64,000 nucleotides of DNA. It comes from Octopus bimaculoides. Taxonomy: Eukaryota. The translations under genes and the position numbers were made by a program. The notes under the pieces were generated by a model. It had not been told where the DNA came from. It made no database searches and was given only the letters and a program-made list of their open reading frames with translations. Where the stretch lies: the NCBI RefSeq assembly GCF_001194135.2, contig NC_068994.1, forward strand, positions 44,174,879-44,238,878, read 5' to 3'. Shown here piece after piece: positions 39,321 through 51,385 of the stretch (its first letter is position 1; every line of letters begins with the position of its first letter).

Positions 39321-39444
39321 TAAGTCTAACAGTGGGCAAAGAGTGGGGAAAATGTGGTAGCAATTGCCACAGCAGAGCTGATGATAATGTAAATATTAGT
39401 GGTGTGAGAGGTAATGTTTGAATATGTATTGTTTATTTATAATC

Positions 39445-39745
39445 TTTGAATGCATGTGGCTTAGTGGTTGGGGTATTTCACTCATGATAGTGAGGTCATG
39501 AGTTCAATTCCCAATGGCACATTGTGTCCTTCAGCAAGACACTTTATTTTACGTTGCTCCAGTCCATTCAGCTGACAAAAATAGGTAGTACCTGTAATTC
39601 TAAAGGGCTAGCTTTGTCACAGTCTATGTCACGCTGAATCTCCCTGAGAACTATATTAAGGGTATGCATGTCTGTGGAGTACTCAGCCATTTGCATGGCT
39701 GTTCTGTTGATCAGATCAACTGGAACCCTTGTCGCAATCAACAAA
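39445..39745 (+). mobile_element. SINE C with family-A tail
   Basis: Same architecture as 8272-8602. Confidence 0.75.
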
Positions 39746-39798
39746 GTACCAGGATTTATAATCTTCACTGAAGCAAATTATAAGTAACCATCTGACAG

Positions 39799-39905
39799 TA
39801 TTCTCAATGTTATATACATTAACAAAATTCACTCGCAGAGCCTGTCTCATGATCACAATGTAAAGCTTGCAGGATATGAAGCTATTGATCAAAATAACGA
39901 TGCTG
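39799..39905 (+). CDS. Candidate exon ILNVIYINKIHSQSLSHDHNVKLAGYEAIDQNNDA (alternative acceptor gives start 39839)
   Basis: Open frame; donor GCTG|gtttgt; its phase-1 end matches the start of 43284-43420. Confidence 0.35.
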
Positions 39906-40149
39906 GTTTGTCTAAATGTCTGCAATGGAAGTATTTTAATAAATGGAAATGATATTAGTTGTATGCTAACATCTCATGAATAATAGGTAGTCAAAAACTA
40001 TCAAGTATAAAATAATTGAAGCTTTACACATGATTGTCTTTTAAATAATTTCTAAACCTTACAAAATCCATCTGTATCCTGTAAGATTTTGCTGCTTTTC
40101 AATGTGATCAGTCACACAGCAAACGAAATACACTGAACAGCAAATATAC

Positions 40150-40900
40150 AGCAGACCAACAATATTGTACACTAAACATACCGTGCACCAAACACTGTAA
40201 CCAGCCATAATAGACACCAACCATATTGTATACCAACATAACTGTACACCAGTTATAGTGTACAACATTCATGTTATACACTAGTTATGATATACATCAG
40301 CCATATTATACACCAACCACATAGTACATTAATTCTACTGTACAACATTCATGCTGTATGTCCACCATACTGTATACTAACCATACTGTACACCAGCCAT
40401 ATTGTACACCAACCATACTGTATGTCAACCACACAGACATCAACTATTCTGTACACCAGCCATACTGTACTCTAACCATATTGTACATCAACTATTTTGC
40501 ACACTAATTATACTATACACCAACCATGCTATACAGCAACTATACTGTACAGCAACCATTCTATACTATACATAAACTATTCTTTATACCTATCATGTTG
40601 TACACCAGAAATAATGTACAATGGCCACATTGTATACCAATCATAGTGTACTACATTTATATCAAACACTAGCAATACTATACATCACCTATACTGTATA
40701 TCACTCATACTGTATAACTAACTAGCATACATCATTGAAATTGAATATTAGCCAGTGAATAAACTAGTCATGCAGTATGCAATCCATGCTATATGCCAGA
40801 CGTTCTTTACTCTAACCACAGTATACACCAACCAGAATATGTAATAGTTCTGTGAACAGTAGCCATATTGTATAACTACATATTTTATATCAGCCATTCA
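40150..40900. repeat. Old degenerate 16-bp minisatellite, consensus CCATACTGTACACCAA
   Basis: Register clear at 40365-40560: ccatactgtatactaa / ccatactgtacaccag / ccatattgtacaccaa ... Confidence 0.85.
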
Positions 40901-41624
40901 AAATAACTTTCACAACATGTCATATCAGACACCATTCATACAATGTCTGCCTTACTACATATATTATTCAGACACTGTTAAGACCAATTGCTTCCCTGGG
41001 TTGGAGTCTTTGCACTTAACAATAATTTGTAGATAGTATCAAGTAGGTGTTTTGAAGAAGTACAACATCGAAAGAATTTTATTGTATGTGAGTGTGGGTA
41101 GGATGAGGAAATTGAGGAAAGATGAGCCACAAATGAGATGACATTTTCAGGAAATGTGTTACATTCAGAGACATCTTGATTAAGGAATGGCATACAGGAG
41201 AATTCTTCAAAGTTAATGGCAAAACACTTGGCAGGGGTTCAGGAGATTTGGTTGCAATTTGAGCAGCAAGAGTGCTTATAAATCATGTCCTGTACAAAGA
41301 TGTCATTTGCTTGCCTTACAGGCATTGCCAACTGAGTAAATGCATTTCCATGTTGCAAGTTGTATATCGTTATAATTGTAAATAGCATCCATCACATCTA
41401 TATTTCTTTAGACCCATTGTGGAATAAAACCCCCTTGCAGGCTTATTTTGCAACCAGTTTCAAACACTGAAAACAACCAGTTTTGTTGTTACTTATCAAT
41501 TCATGTGTCCACTTGCTTCTCCTTTCCAAAAATATTAAATCTTAATTGCAGCAGACTATTTGTTAAAATGTATTGTCTTGACCTTTCAGTGTTCAAATTA
41601 CTCTGCCAAATGTAAAACTTATTC

Positions 41625-41800
41625 ATTCATGGGTTGGACAGTTTGACAAGAGCTGGCAATGTTGAGAGCCGCACCAAGCTTCATTGTCTGTTTTGGCACG
41701 ATTTCTACAGCTGGATGCTCTTCCTAATGCCAACCACTTTACAGAGTGTACTGGGTGCTTTTTACATGATACCAGCACTGTTGCTTTTTATGTGGCCATC
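41625..41800 (-). mobile_element. RTE 3' UTR remnant
   Basis: catgggttggacagtttgac...tttctacagctggatgc.cttcctaatgccaaccac. Confidence 0.75.
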
Positions 41801-42174
41801 ACCAACAGAGTTACCAAAAAGCAGTGCATTTATTTTATCCTTTTGAAAAGAAACTTAAATTTATTCTTCCACGTACCATATTTGATGGCTTATAAGACAT
41901 GCTTTTTTTTTCTTTCCAAAAAGTATCTCAGAAATCACCCCTTGTTTTATAAGCAATGTTTGACTTATGTATATTACATGCTTTAATGTGTTAAAACCCT
42001 TTTTCTTGAATATGTGCTGCTGAAATTAGGGTGCATCTAATATGCCCTGTGCATCTTTTATTATGCCATCTAATTGACAATTGACAAGTCCCTTAATACT
42101 TTTGGGGTGGCCATTGGGGCACTGCAGCCATGCAGTGTATCTAGGGTGAGAAAGCTTGGTGGAGCCCATCCCTG

Positions 42175-42482
42175 TCCAGGCTAAACTCATTTCTACAGCT
42201 GACTGGAGTGAAGCAACATGAAATGAAGTGCTTTGCTCAAGAACACAACAGATTACTTAGTCTGGAGATCAAAATCACAAGCTTACAGTCGTGAATCCAA
42301 CACCCTAACCACTAAGCAACGTTCCTCTATTAGTGGTACTCATTTCTACAGCTGAATGGACTGGAGCAGTGTGAAGTGAAGTGTTTTGCTCAAGAACACA
42401 ATGCATCACCCAGTTCAGGAATCGAAACCACAATCTTACATTCATGAGTCCAACACTCTAACCACTAAGCCACGTGCCTCCA
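42175..42482 (-). mobile_element. Two tandem SINE C head+core modules
   Basis: actcatttctacagctga...gctcaagaacacaa...ccctaaccactaagc occurs twice (42185-42318 and 42338-42482). Confidence 0.75.
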
Positions 42483-42514
42483 CATGCCATCAAATACAGC
42501 ATATATTATCTTTT

Positions 42515-42935
42515 CATCTTTTACCTTTTACTTGTTTCAGTCATCAGACCGCAGCCATGCTGGGGCACTATCTTGAAGAATTATTTAGTCAAAAGAATCA
42601 ACCCTGGTACTTATTCTTTAGGCGTGGTACTTATTCTATCAGTCTCTTTTGCCGAACCACTAAGCTATGAGAACCAAAACACACTGACACTGGTTGTCAA
42701 GCAGTGGTGTGGGACAAACAGATTCACAAGGGGACAACACACACATATGCACACTCACAAACACACATACACACACACATGATAGGCTTCTTTCAGTTTC
42801 CATCCACCAAATCCACTCGCAAGCCATCATCAGCCTGAAGACATAGTAGATGACACATGCCTAAGGTGCCACACAGTGGAACTGAGCCCAGATCCATGTG
42901 GTCGGGAAGCAAGCTTCTTACCCCATAGCCACACT
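42515..42935 (-). mobile_element. SINE B, older copy
   Basis: Colinear with the family consensus. Confidence 0.8.
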
Positions 42936-43283
42936 GAGTAAATTTAATATCAATAATATTTGTTGTCTCTAAATTTCTTCTTCATTGTCAATGAAAGGAC
43001 AACGTATTTACTCTACAAGTAAAAACTTTAGGCAATGTTTCGTTATGTATTTACTGTGCAGATAAAAAGCATGACAATTGAATTTACTGATGATGTATTT
43101 GTCATCATCACGTATTTACTAGTGATTAAGTTCTATTGCTATATAATAATTTGCAATTGAATTACCAACTGATAAAATTATAAGCTATGTATTAACTGTG
43201 ATATAAGTACCTGCAATGAATTTACTTGCATAGAATTTACCAGATATGTGAATTTCTTTGTCTCTGTTTTATGCTTGAATAAG

Positions 43284-43420
43284 TGATGATAGGACAAGTA
43301 TCCAGCAGTATGAATAATTACTCTGACACAAAATGTTGCCTTATTCATTCTAGTACTGAAGTTTTGGGAATGAATAAAAGAAACTCAAACAGTTTTATCC
43401 ATCATCTAATTAACCACAAG
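43284..43420 (+). CDS. Probable internal exon (V)MIGQVSSSMNNYSDTKCCLIHSSTEVLGMNKRNSNSFIHHLINHK
   Basis: Acceptor ttctttgtctctgttttatgcttgaataag, donor AAG|gtaact; 45 open codons (phase 1 to 0). Confidence 0.55.
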
Positions 43421-44561
43421 GTAACTTTGCCAACATTAACTCAGCAAGGTGTTTTATATTCTATGTTAGTGAAGTTAGCAGGCTAAAGTGTATGATTTTA
43501 TATGTTTAACCAAACTTACTTTTAAGAACAGATATAAACTTTTTATACATTCAGAAAACAAGGAACATCATCTCTTTCTCACTATATATATGGCAACTAA
43601 AAGATCACAAATTTTAATTGCTATGGTCTATAATCAGGGTTAGAATTTAACAAACCATATTCTTAGCAATCTGAATTGTGCTGTTTATTACAACAGTGAA
43701 AAATTCTTCATTTTGATATCTTCTGTTAACCTGCTGAATTCATGAATTCAGCAAATGAGATACTTTCAAAATGCCATCACTAGAACAAGTTGATCCTTGA
43801 GGCGTTGCATTCTTTCTACAGGTTAATTCACTGCAATTTTATACAAGGAATTTCTTTGAAATTCTTTGACTTTCTAAAAATTTCCCTAAAGTTCATTATG
43901 AATGTAACTCTTATTTTTCAGCCAAAAGTTTGCAAGTAACTAAATGTTGACCATAGATATTTCATAAAAAATTGAAAGCTACTTGTAAACCATCTCTGTC
44001 ACCCTTTGTCTTTTTCTCATAATTGATCAAGGAATTTGAATCTGTCTACTAAATCTTGTGACCGTATCTTCTATATTTTACTGCATTTTGACTATATTTT
44101 ACTTCATTGATTTCTTTTTTTTTTTTTGTTCTAAATATAACGTCTTTGTCCTTCTTTTCTATTTCCTTTCGTTTTTCTATCTTCTCTTCTTTACATTACT
44201 TTCTTTCTGTTTCTATATTCTATAACCCCTCCTTCTTCCCAACTCCTTTCTCTCAGGCCACAGCTAATTTTTGCTCAAATCTATTCTGCTGAAGAATGAA
44301 ACCCATCAGAAATATGACACCTTTCCTCATAACTAAAGAAAATAATCATATATTTGTCTGTAAAATGTTGTATGCCTTTTGACTTTATTTTAATAGTATT
44401 CTATTGTATTTTAGAGCTTTTTAAAAATTAAAGTGAATGATTAATTGCTTTTTCTGTGGTGTCATTTATGTTTCTCTGTACTTCAGTATATCTACTTTTT
44501 TTCCCCTTTATTATCTAAAGCTCCTTTTCTCTTCATCTCATCCTCTCTCTGCATCCCTACT

Positions 44562-44604
<43 letters not shown>

Positions 44605-45424
44605 CACAGTCAGTTATCTTTACCATAAACCTTATGTATAATTTATTTTTTCTAATAACTATAACCCTCCCATCTAGTTTTTAACACTGTATTTCTACTT
44701 CTTACTTCTCTTCCTGTTCATCTTAATATGACCCCAAATTCATCCATTACTCTCTCTTTACTGATTCTTTCTATGAACATTTAGTTGTCTTACTCATTTT
44801 ATTTGTTTTCACACTCCCCTGCAATAAACACAACCTTTCTCCATAAATCTTATTGCATTCAATAGTAAACCGCAATAGACCAAATTCTTTCTTTCATTTA
44901 TAATCATCCCTCTATATTTCTATATTTCTTTATCTTGTCCTTTTTTTAATTTTGTCTTTATTTCCTCTTTCTTTCATGTTCCTTCCTCTGCCTCTCTATT
45001 CCTTTCTGTTCATAGATTTTTATTTAAATAACTTATTAATAAGTAAATGCTTTATATTCAACTTAAAATTTTTAGTATCTAAGGAATTACAAGCCTTGTT
45101 TTGATCAAATATTTGACCCCCACATAAGCCCGTAATTAAAACATGTAAGTTATTTCGGTTTGTAAATAGAAACCCCAATCATAGGGGTTTTTTTTTGCTC
45201 AAAGAGATTTAAAATGGTTACTACAAATATACGCCCTTAAGCAGTAAAGAATCTACTGCCCTGCTGACTGGATTATGAATGTCAAAATCTTAGGGACCAT
45301 ACCTTCCAGAAAACAGTTGCTGAAGAAGTTGCAATCCTCAGTGACACAGCTAATGTATGTGTGTGCCATCAGGGGCAGCCCTTCAGTTTGTTACTATCCT
45401 ACCACCACCACCACCATTGTCCCT

Positions 45425-45568
45425 AACCACCACCATTGCCCCAACCACCACCATTGCCCCAACCACCACCATTGCCCCAACCACCACCATTGCCCCAACC
45501 ACCACCATTGCCCCAACCACCACCATTGCCCCAACCACCACCGTTGCCCCAACCACCACCATTGCCCC
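45425..45568. repeat. 18-bp minisatellite (AACCACCACCATTGCCCC) x8
   Basis: Near-perfect tandem array, one A>G variant. Confidence 0.95.
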
Positions 45569-45619
45569 CACCACTATCACCTCTGCCATGAACACAAACA
45601 CAGAAAACACACAATCATA

Positions 45620-45910
45620 TCATCATCATCATCGTTTAGTATCTGCTTTCCATGCTGGCATGGGTTAGACGGTTATGATATGGAGCTGGGTAGCAGGGAG
45701 CTGTCCAGACTCCTGCTCTCTGTTGTGGCATGGTTTCTATGGCTGGATGCCATTCCTAATGCCAACCACTTAACAGAATGTGCTGGGTGTTTTTTACATG
45801 CCACCGGCATTGGTGCGTTCATGCGGAACCAGCACGGGTGCTTTTTAAGTGACGGCCACACTTGAAAAGACAAGCCTGTATGTGTGGAAGACAGCAACTA
45901 TACTTAGCTT
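45620..45910 (-). mobile_element. RTE 3' UTR remnant
   Basis: (cat)n gtttagtatctgctttccatgctggcatggg...ctggatgccattcctaatgccaaccac. Confidence 0.75.
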
Positions 45911-46324
45911 GACATGTCTTAAACACACACAGACACACATATGCAATTACCACATAACAAATCCGACTCTCCACAAGGCATCAGTAAACTAAACACTGCC
46001 ATATAAGATTAAAGCACTTAAGCGAAGGTGTCGTTCATGGAATTGAACCGGGAACCACATTACTGTGAAGCAATCTTGTAAATCATGCAACCATGACTTT
46101 ACCTGTTCATGTAGTTCTCTATTTTGACGATAGACAGTAGTCACTGCTGACATTAGCAGAATTGAAATCTCTTATATTCGCAATATTTTTAGATTACCTT
46201 CAGGCAGGGTTACATGCCAACATCGTAAAATCAAATTTAACTTGCTTCTTCACTACAGACATTTTCTAACTAACATTTGCTGACATCTCTTCTCTGTTTT
46301 GGACTCTGTACTGTTAGGCAGATA

Positions 46325-46690
46325 TTCGCCAGCATCGTCATCGTCATCACCAGCAGCAGCAGCAGCACCACCACCACCATCATCATCATTGTTGTTATCG
46401 TCGTCGTCATTGTCGTTGTCATCATCATTATCGCTGTCGCCATCATCATCATCATCATTCCCCATTGTCATCATTGTCATCATCATCACTGTCATTCCTG
46501 TCATCATCACTATCATCATAATCAATACCACCATCATCGCCATCATCATCATCATCCTCGTCATCATCATCATCCTCGTCATCATCATCAGCATCCTCAT
46601 CATCATTATCCTCTTCTTCTTCTTCTTCATCTCCTCCTTCTTCATAACAACTGCTGCCACCACCATCACCACCACTACTAACACAACCAT
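46325..46690. repeat. Cryptic (CAT/CGT/CAG/CTT)n triplet tract
   Basis: Direct inspection. Confidence 0.9.
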
Positions 46691-46988
46691 TTTCTTTTTC
46701 ATGCTATTGACTATGTTAACCATTGTGTTTTTCATTTCTTAAAACAGTAATGTATCATCCAAAGATAGATTTAGTTGTTGGTTTTTTTTTGTCTTTTTGT
46801 TTTTCTGCTAGCAAGACAAACAAATGCATAGAGGCTGTTTCATTCAGTAGAAGTCATTGTTGTTACAAGTTTAGATGTCCTCACCAGAACCTCAACAAAA
46901 CATCAGCAAACTGATATAGTTTGATAGTTGATTTACCTAGTCTTCAAAAACAAAAGCAGATTTTTTCATGAAAGACATCCCTGATATG

Positions 46989-47554
46989 CAGCACTGGATT
47001 AACCATTAAACAAAAGAAATTCATGCTTAGAGCATCAATGATGGTGGTAGTGGGCACCCACAGAAATGGTAAATGGTTTATGGCACAAATGAAATCACTA
47101 CAAACTTGCTAAAATAGTATATAGTTTACCTTTACTTAGTATAGAAGCAGATGGGTTACGTACGATTAATTTTGAGGATCTGATTAAAGATTTTGAGTTA
47201 AAAAAAGTAGAAAACTTTTCAACTATGAATAAAGTGGAAGCATACAAAAATAAACATTATTTTTCCAACTTACTGTTAGTTTTGTTTCATTTTGAAAAAT
47301 TGAATATCATTTTATGGTTTATTATTGTTTATATGTTGGTGTTAGGAAGGGCATCCAACCATAGGAACCTGCCAAATCAGACTGGAGTCTGGTGCAGCTA
47401 CTCAGCTTGCTAGCCATGGTCAAACCATCCAACCCATGCCAGCATGGCTTACAGATGAAAATATTGAAAAAACAAAATATTTTGAATTATATATTGTGGG
47501 AGCACCAAACTTTTTTTAAGTGCTTGAAGCTTCTATGGGTTTTAATCCAGAACT
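46989..47554 (+). mobile_element. hAT-derived non-autonomous element interrupted by an RTE 3' remnant (47335-47460)
   Basis: Homologous to 61394-61777; starts cagcactggattaacc, ends taatccagaact. Confidence 0.65.
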
Positions 47555-47819
47555 CGTTTTAACTATTTCAAATCTTGACACACACAGCCAGCAATCTCTG
47601 CCTGTTCATGTAGTTCTCTATTTACATCAACCCCCAGTACATGACTGCTATTTTATTTTATCAACACCTGAGAGGATAAAGGGCAAAGCCTGACCTGGGC
47701 AGGATTTGAATTGCGATAAAAAATAAGACTTAACATCAGTGAAATCTTGTCTGGGTAACTATTACATTCACTGGAATGCGTCAGTAAGTTATATGCTACA
47801 TGTGGTTACATGTTTCCAG

Positions 47820-47844
47820 TCGCTGATTAACTGCATTGCTGAAG
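47820..47844 (+). CDS. Candidate 25-nt exon SLINCIAE (could start at 47740)
   Basis: catgtttccag|TCG...GAAG|gtaaga; phase 0 to 1, bridging 43420 and 48424. Confidence 0.35.
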
Positions 47845-48423
47845 GTAAGAGTGATGAGAGAATGCCAGTGCAACTTGGGTGAAACAAATACCACATGAGA
47901 TAATGACAGGAAGAGCAAAATGATGAACAGTCAGCAAATACAACTAGAGACAGATTTATCAGACAGGAGCAAGGAAATAATAAATCAAAAATGTATTATT
48001 TAATGAGAAAGCCTCTAATACGGTCGATTTACTTGCTAGAAATTTCAGCCAAATTTCCTCAGATTTTATTATACCATATCAATAAAAAAAAAATGACACA
48101 TTAGCCAATGTAGTTCAAGATAAAGAAAAAAATGACAAGATTGCCGTAATTGAAATCCTTTTGATCATAAGGTTAGCTCAACTAGAGCTAGAAAAATAAC
48201 ATCAACAACAATTATAATTAATTAAACAACACAACGTTGTTTAACAAATATTGTATAAAAAAAGTTTGTGAAGAAGTTTTAAAAAAAAATAAAATAAAAG
48301 CATTTGGGAGAAATAAAATCATGTTGGTTTTCTGTGAGAAGAATCAATATTTTAACATTCCAGTCTAAGCTATGTCTTCTTCTCATGACTCACTTAAATA
48401 TCTTACATTTTGACTTGTTACAG

Positions 48424-48470
48424 ACTGGATAGTCGATAGTGTAAACCACCATCGGTTTCCTTTCCAAAGT
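48424..48470 (+). CDS. Candidate exon (D)WIVDSVNHHRFPFQS
   Basis: Acceptor cttacattttgacttgttacag, donor AGT|gtaagg; phase 1 to 0; WIxDS resembles the BRCT helix-3 motif. Confidence 0.4.
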
Positions 48471-48750
48471 GTAAGGATTACCTTTGGAGATATGTTACGA
48501 TTACAAATGATATGTTGCAATTGCAAACTGTGCAATTGTAAATGGCCTGGTTAAATATTGTAGGAGCAGCAGACATGGTTGAATGGCTAAGAAACTCATT
48601 TTGCAGCCTTGTGAGTTTCAAGTTCAGTTCTGCTATGTGGAACTTTGGGCAAGTGCACTCTATTTTAGCTGCGGAATGATCGGTGCTTTGTGAATGGGAT
48701 TCGTTTAACTGCTTGGAAGCTCATCATATATGTGTGTGTGTATGTGTGTA

Positions 48751-49216
48751 TGTGCAGCTATGTACCTTTGTGCATATGTGTGTATGTGCAGCTATGTACC
48801 TTTGTGCATATGTTTTTATGTGCAGCTATGTACCTTTGTGCATGTGTGTGTGTATGTGTGCATGTGCAGCTATGTACCTTTGTGCATGTGTGGATGTGCA
48901 GCTATGTACCTTTGTGCATGTGTGTGTATGTGTGCATGTGCAGCTATGTACCTTTGTGCATGTGTGTATGTGCAGCTATGTATCNNNNNNNNNNTGTGCA
49001 TGTGCAGCTATGTACCTTTGTGCATGTGTGTATGTGCAGCTATGTATCTTTGTGCATGTGCGTGTGTGTGTGCATGTGCAGCTATGTACCTTTGTGCATG
49101 TGTGTGTATGTGCAGCTATGTACCTTTGTGCATGTGTGTGTATATGTGTATGTGCAGTTATGTACCTTTGTGCATGTGTGTGTATGTGTGCATGTGCAGT
49201 TATGTACCTTTGTGCA
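48751..49216. repeat. Minisatellite: 24-bp core TGTGCAGCTATGTACCTTTGTGCA x13 with variable TG-rich linkers
   Basis: Counted by eye; linkers are 8-20 nt of TG/TA/CA; small N-gap inside. Confidence 0.95.
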
Positions 49217-49520
49217 TGAGTGTGGTGTGTGTGTGTGTGTGTGTATTTATATACTATAGATCACTTATAATCATACTAACAAGTAGGTGATAAGTATAAC
49301 TCCATGTCCCATGTAAAGCTAATGCTCTTTATCACATCACATTACACAAGCACAATATGTGTGTGTGTGTGTGTGCGCACGTGTGTATGTGCGTATGTAT
49401 ATGTGTTTATACATATATAATCTATCATCCTTTTACTTGTTTAAATTATTGGAACACACACAGATAAGGTATACAAATACTAAAAGCAGGATATACACAA
49501 TTAATATTCTTTGACTATTC

Positions 49521-49742
49521 TAAGGCAGCAAGTTGGTAGAATCGATAGCATGCCATGTGAAATGCTTAGTGGCATTTTGTCTGTCTTCACATTCTGGGTT
49601 CAAATTCTGCCCAAGTAGATTTTGACTTTTATCCTTCCAGAGTTAATGAAGTAAGTACCAGTTGAGTACTGGGGTTGATATAATCAACTTAACCCGTTAT
49701 TCTGAAATTGTTGGCATTGTGCCAAAATTTGAAATCAATATT
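49521..49742 (+). mobile_element. SINE D
   Basis: aaggcagcaagttggtagaatcg...aagtaccagttgagtactggggttga...ttgtgccaaaatttgaaatcaata. Confidence 0.8.
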
Positions 49743-50411
49743 TGACGATTCTGAACAAGAAACTTTCAGCAAAGCGGCATGACTGTAGTGTCAGATGTGA
49801 CATGCTGACCATCATATAACTAGTTTTATTTCTCTCTTCTGTTTTATTCTGACGTGCACATTGCATTTTTATTCTTCCCTTCCATTTTATGAATTCAGTA
49901 TGCACATGCACACTGCATGTTCATACTTCTCTTTCCGGTTCCTACCCAAAACCGTTTACAGATCATAACCATCTTGTGAACCTGCATTTGTGAGGAGTGC
50001 TTCACGCTCCGTTGGTTGTGAAAAAATACAGAAGGAAATAATTTTTTAAAAGAATGTCTTTTTTATTTGATCCACCATACCACTCTTTAAAATGCATAGC
50101 CAAGCTCCCCTTTTGAACAACTAGCCCTACTATAAGCACAAGGCCTGAAATTTGGGGGAAGGGAACTAATCAGTTACATTGACCCCAGTTCTTGACTGGT
50201 ACTCATTTCATCGACCCCATAACTCAATAGCTTAGTAAAACAGACTGACAGGATAAGTAACAGGCTTTAAAAAATTATAAGGGATGACTTGTTTGACTAA
50301 ACCCTTCAAGGTGGTGCTCCAGCTTGGCCACAGTCCAATGACTGAAACAAATAGAAGATGAAAGGTATCAGTCTTTTAAATGTATAAGGCAAGCTCCCAC
50401 TATTAGCTCAG

Positions 50412-50628
50412 TTAACCCTTTAGCAATTAAACCAAAATATTCAACATGTTTTACATTCAAATTGGCCATATCTAACTTCTCACACCTAACCTACACTAAC
50501 ATTTTGAAAATAAACAATCACATTATCGGAACCTCAAAGCTAAAAGATTATCCATAGTCAATTCAAAACATTTTGAGTTAAAAAAAGGGATTGCATTTAA
50601 CAGAATAATCTGAAGATTAAAGGGCTAA
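50412..50628. mobile_element. piggyBac-like MITE, second copy
   Basis: ttaaccctttagca...ttaaagggctaa; TTAA-CCCT-type termini. Confidence 0.55.
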
Positions 50629-50744
50629 ATAATAAGGATCACATATACGACTGTCAAGATAAGTTATATGACTTGAGGTCAACTTTGCTTTTCATCCTTT
50701 CAGGGTCCATCTACCAATAAATATATATATATATATATATATAT

Positions 50745-51170
50745 ATCATCATCATCATCATCATCATCATCATTTAACGTCTGCTTTCCATGCTAGCATG
50801 GGTTGGACGATTTGACTGAGGACTGGCAGACCAGATGGCTGCACCAGGCTCCAATCTGATTTGGCAGAGTTTCTACAGCTGGATGCCCTTCCTAACGCCA
50901 ACCACTCAGAGAGTGTAGTGGGTGCTTTTACGTGTCACCCGCACGAAGGCCAGTCAGGNNNNNNNNNNTTCTACAGCTGGATGCCCTTCCTAACGCCAAC
51001 CACTCAGAGAGTGTAGTGGGTGCTTTTACGTGTCACCCGCACGAAGGCCAGTCAGGCGGTACTGGCAACGGCCACGCTCAAAATAGTGTATTTTATGTGC
51101 CACCCGCACAAGAGCCAATCCAGGGGCACTGGCAACGATCTCGCTTAAAAATCCTACGACGGCCAGTCGA
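50745..51170 (-). mobile_element. Young RTE 3' UTR copy; 88 bp duplicated across a 10-N gap
   Basis: Highly similar to 22856-23130; 50871-50958 equals 50969-51056. Confidence 0.9.
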
Positions 51171-51259
51171 TGATATATATATATATATATATATACACAT
51201 ACATATATATATATATATATATGTATGTATGTGCACACACACACACATATACACACACA

Positions 51260-51385
51260 CAATGGGCTTCTTTCAGTTTCTGTCAACCAGATCCACTTAT
51301 GAGGCTTTGATCAGTTTGAAGCTATAGTAGAAAAACACTTGCCCAAGGTAGTGTGACTGAACCCAGAACGTTGTTGGGAAGCCAC
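51260..51385 (-). mobile_element. SINE B, degraded 5' half
   Basis: aatgggcttctttcagtttc...gctatagtagaa. Confidence 0.7.

Noticed and set aside
48751-49216. CRISPR array
   Set aside because: Linkers are short, low-complexity and not unique; eukaryotic context; no cas genes.
50871-51056. Direct duplications flanking gaps (also 54829-55348 and 57698-58206)
   Set aside because: Identical sequence on both sides of an N-gap is the signature of unmerged contig overlaps.
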